A stretch of 20,000 nt of DNA from Toensbergia leucococca (lineage: Eukaryota), in NCBI GenBank assembly GCA_022813965.1, contig JALDZS010000116.1, positions 54,937 to 74,936 on the forward strand, in the 5' to 3' direction. Both the position numbers and the translations under genes were made by a program. The notes under the pieces are model-generated. The model was not told where the DNA came from and made no database searches. It was given only the letters and a program-made list of their open reading frames with translations. Positions within the stretch are counted from its first letter, which is position 1; each line of letters opens with the position of its first letter. This document shows positions 19,726 to 20,000 of the stretch, in pieces.

Positions 19726-20000
19726 TACGAGGTCAATTTTTAAAGTATTGCAAATGGCCAACGTAGGAATTTTGAGTCAACGTACCTGAATAGAATCATA
19801 ACAACAACACACTTTTTGATCACTATTCTTCTATTCATCAACACCCTACCCTCAATGTCAGCACAAAGACGTGGCCGTGGGCCTGAAATTAGCCCTTCTA
19901 CCCGCGGTGCAATTGCCTATGCAAGAAATATTCAGAGAACCCCTCTCAAAGTCATACAATTCAATCTTAATGTAAATAAATTCACCATTTCTCGCATCGC
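19726..20000 (+). mobile_element. Left end of a probable Tc1/mariner DNA transposon (truncated by the window edge)
   Basis: TA-preceded terminus TACGAGGTCAATTTTTAAAGTATTGCA, an AT-rich leader, then an ORF resembling a Tc1 HTH N-terminus. The second TIR is not visible. Confidence 0.55.
19855..20000 (+). CDS. Putative Tc1-like transposase, N-terminal HTH (partial)
   Basis: Manual translation MSAQRRGRGPEISPSTRGAIAYARNIQRTPLKVIQFNLNVNKFTISRI(A), open to the window end. It matches the E[LI]S...R..I......(G).S...I...L.V...T[IV]..I pattern of Tc1-family DNA-binding domains. Confidence 0.55.
   Translation, partial: MSAQRRGRGPEISPSTRGAIAYARNIQRTPLKVIQFNLNVNKFTISRI

Noticed and set aside
1..20000. 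CRISPR arrays, rRNA, tRNA or prokaryotic operon structure
   Set aside because: None seen by eye; the sequence is intron-containing fungal DNA. Small ncRNAs would need a covariance-model search.

Overview
Eukaryotic DNA from a filamentous ascomycete (Pezizomycotina), judged by short 50-95 nt introns with GTRAGT/GTAYGT donors, CTRAY-type branch points and YAG acceptors, and by the gene set. After manual splicing the window holds about 10 protein genes and the left end of a probable Tc1/mariner transposon. In order: a small Cys-rich gene with a polybasic-CaaX-like tail and an apparently frameshifted start (+, ~423-740); a single-pass membrane protein (-); RMT2 (-); a two-exon fungal hypothetical (+); a six-exon LaeA-like SAM methyltransferase (-); a degenerate dienelactone-hydrolase/SnoaL fusion (+); a bifunctional pseudouridine-5'-phosphate glycosidase/pseudouridine kinase (-), head-to-head with OST1 (+); RQC2/NEMF (+, GC-AG first intron); SUA5 (-); and a transposase N-terminus at the right edge. 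Most content is conserved housekeeping, enriched for translation and RNA-modification functions. I found no clearly new biological system. The best leads are the hidden CaaX-like gene, the pseudo-hydrolase fusion, sharp C-to-G strand-skew switches inside genes, the GC-AG intron, Tbf1-like promoter motifs and the transposon end. Family assignments come from motif recognition, not database searches.
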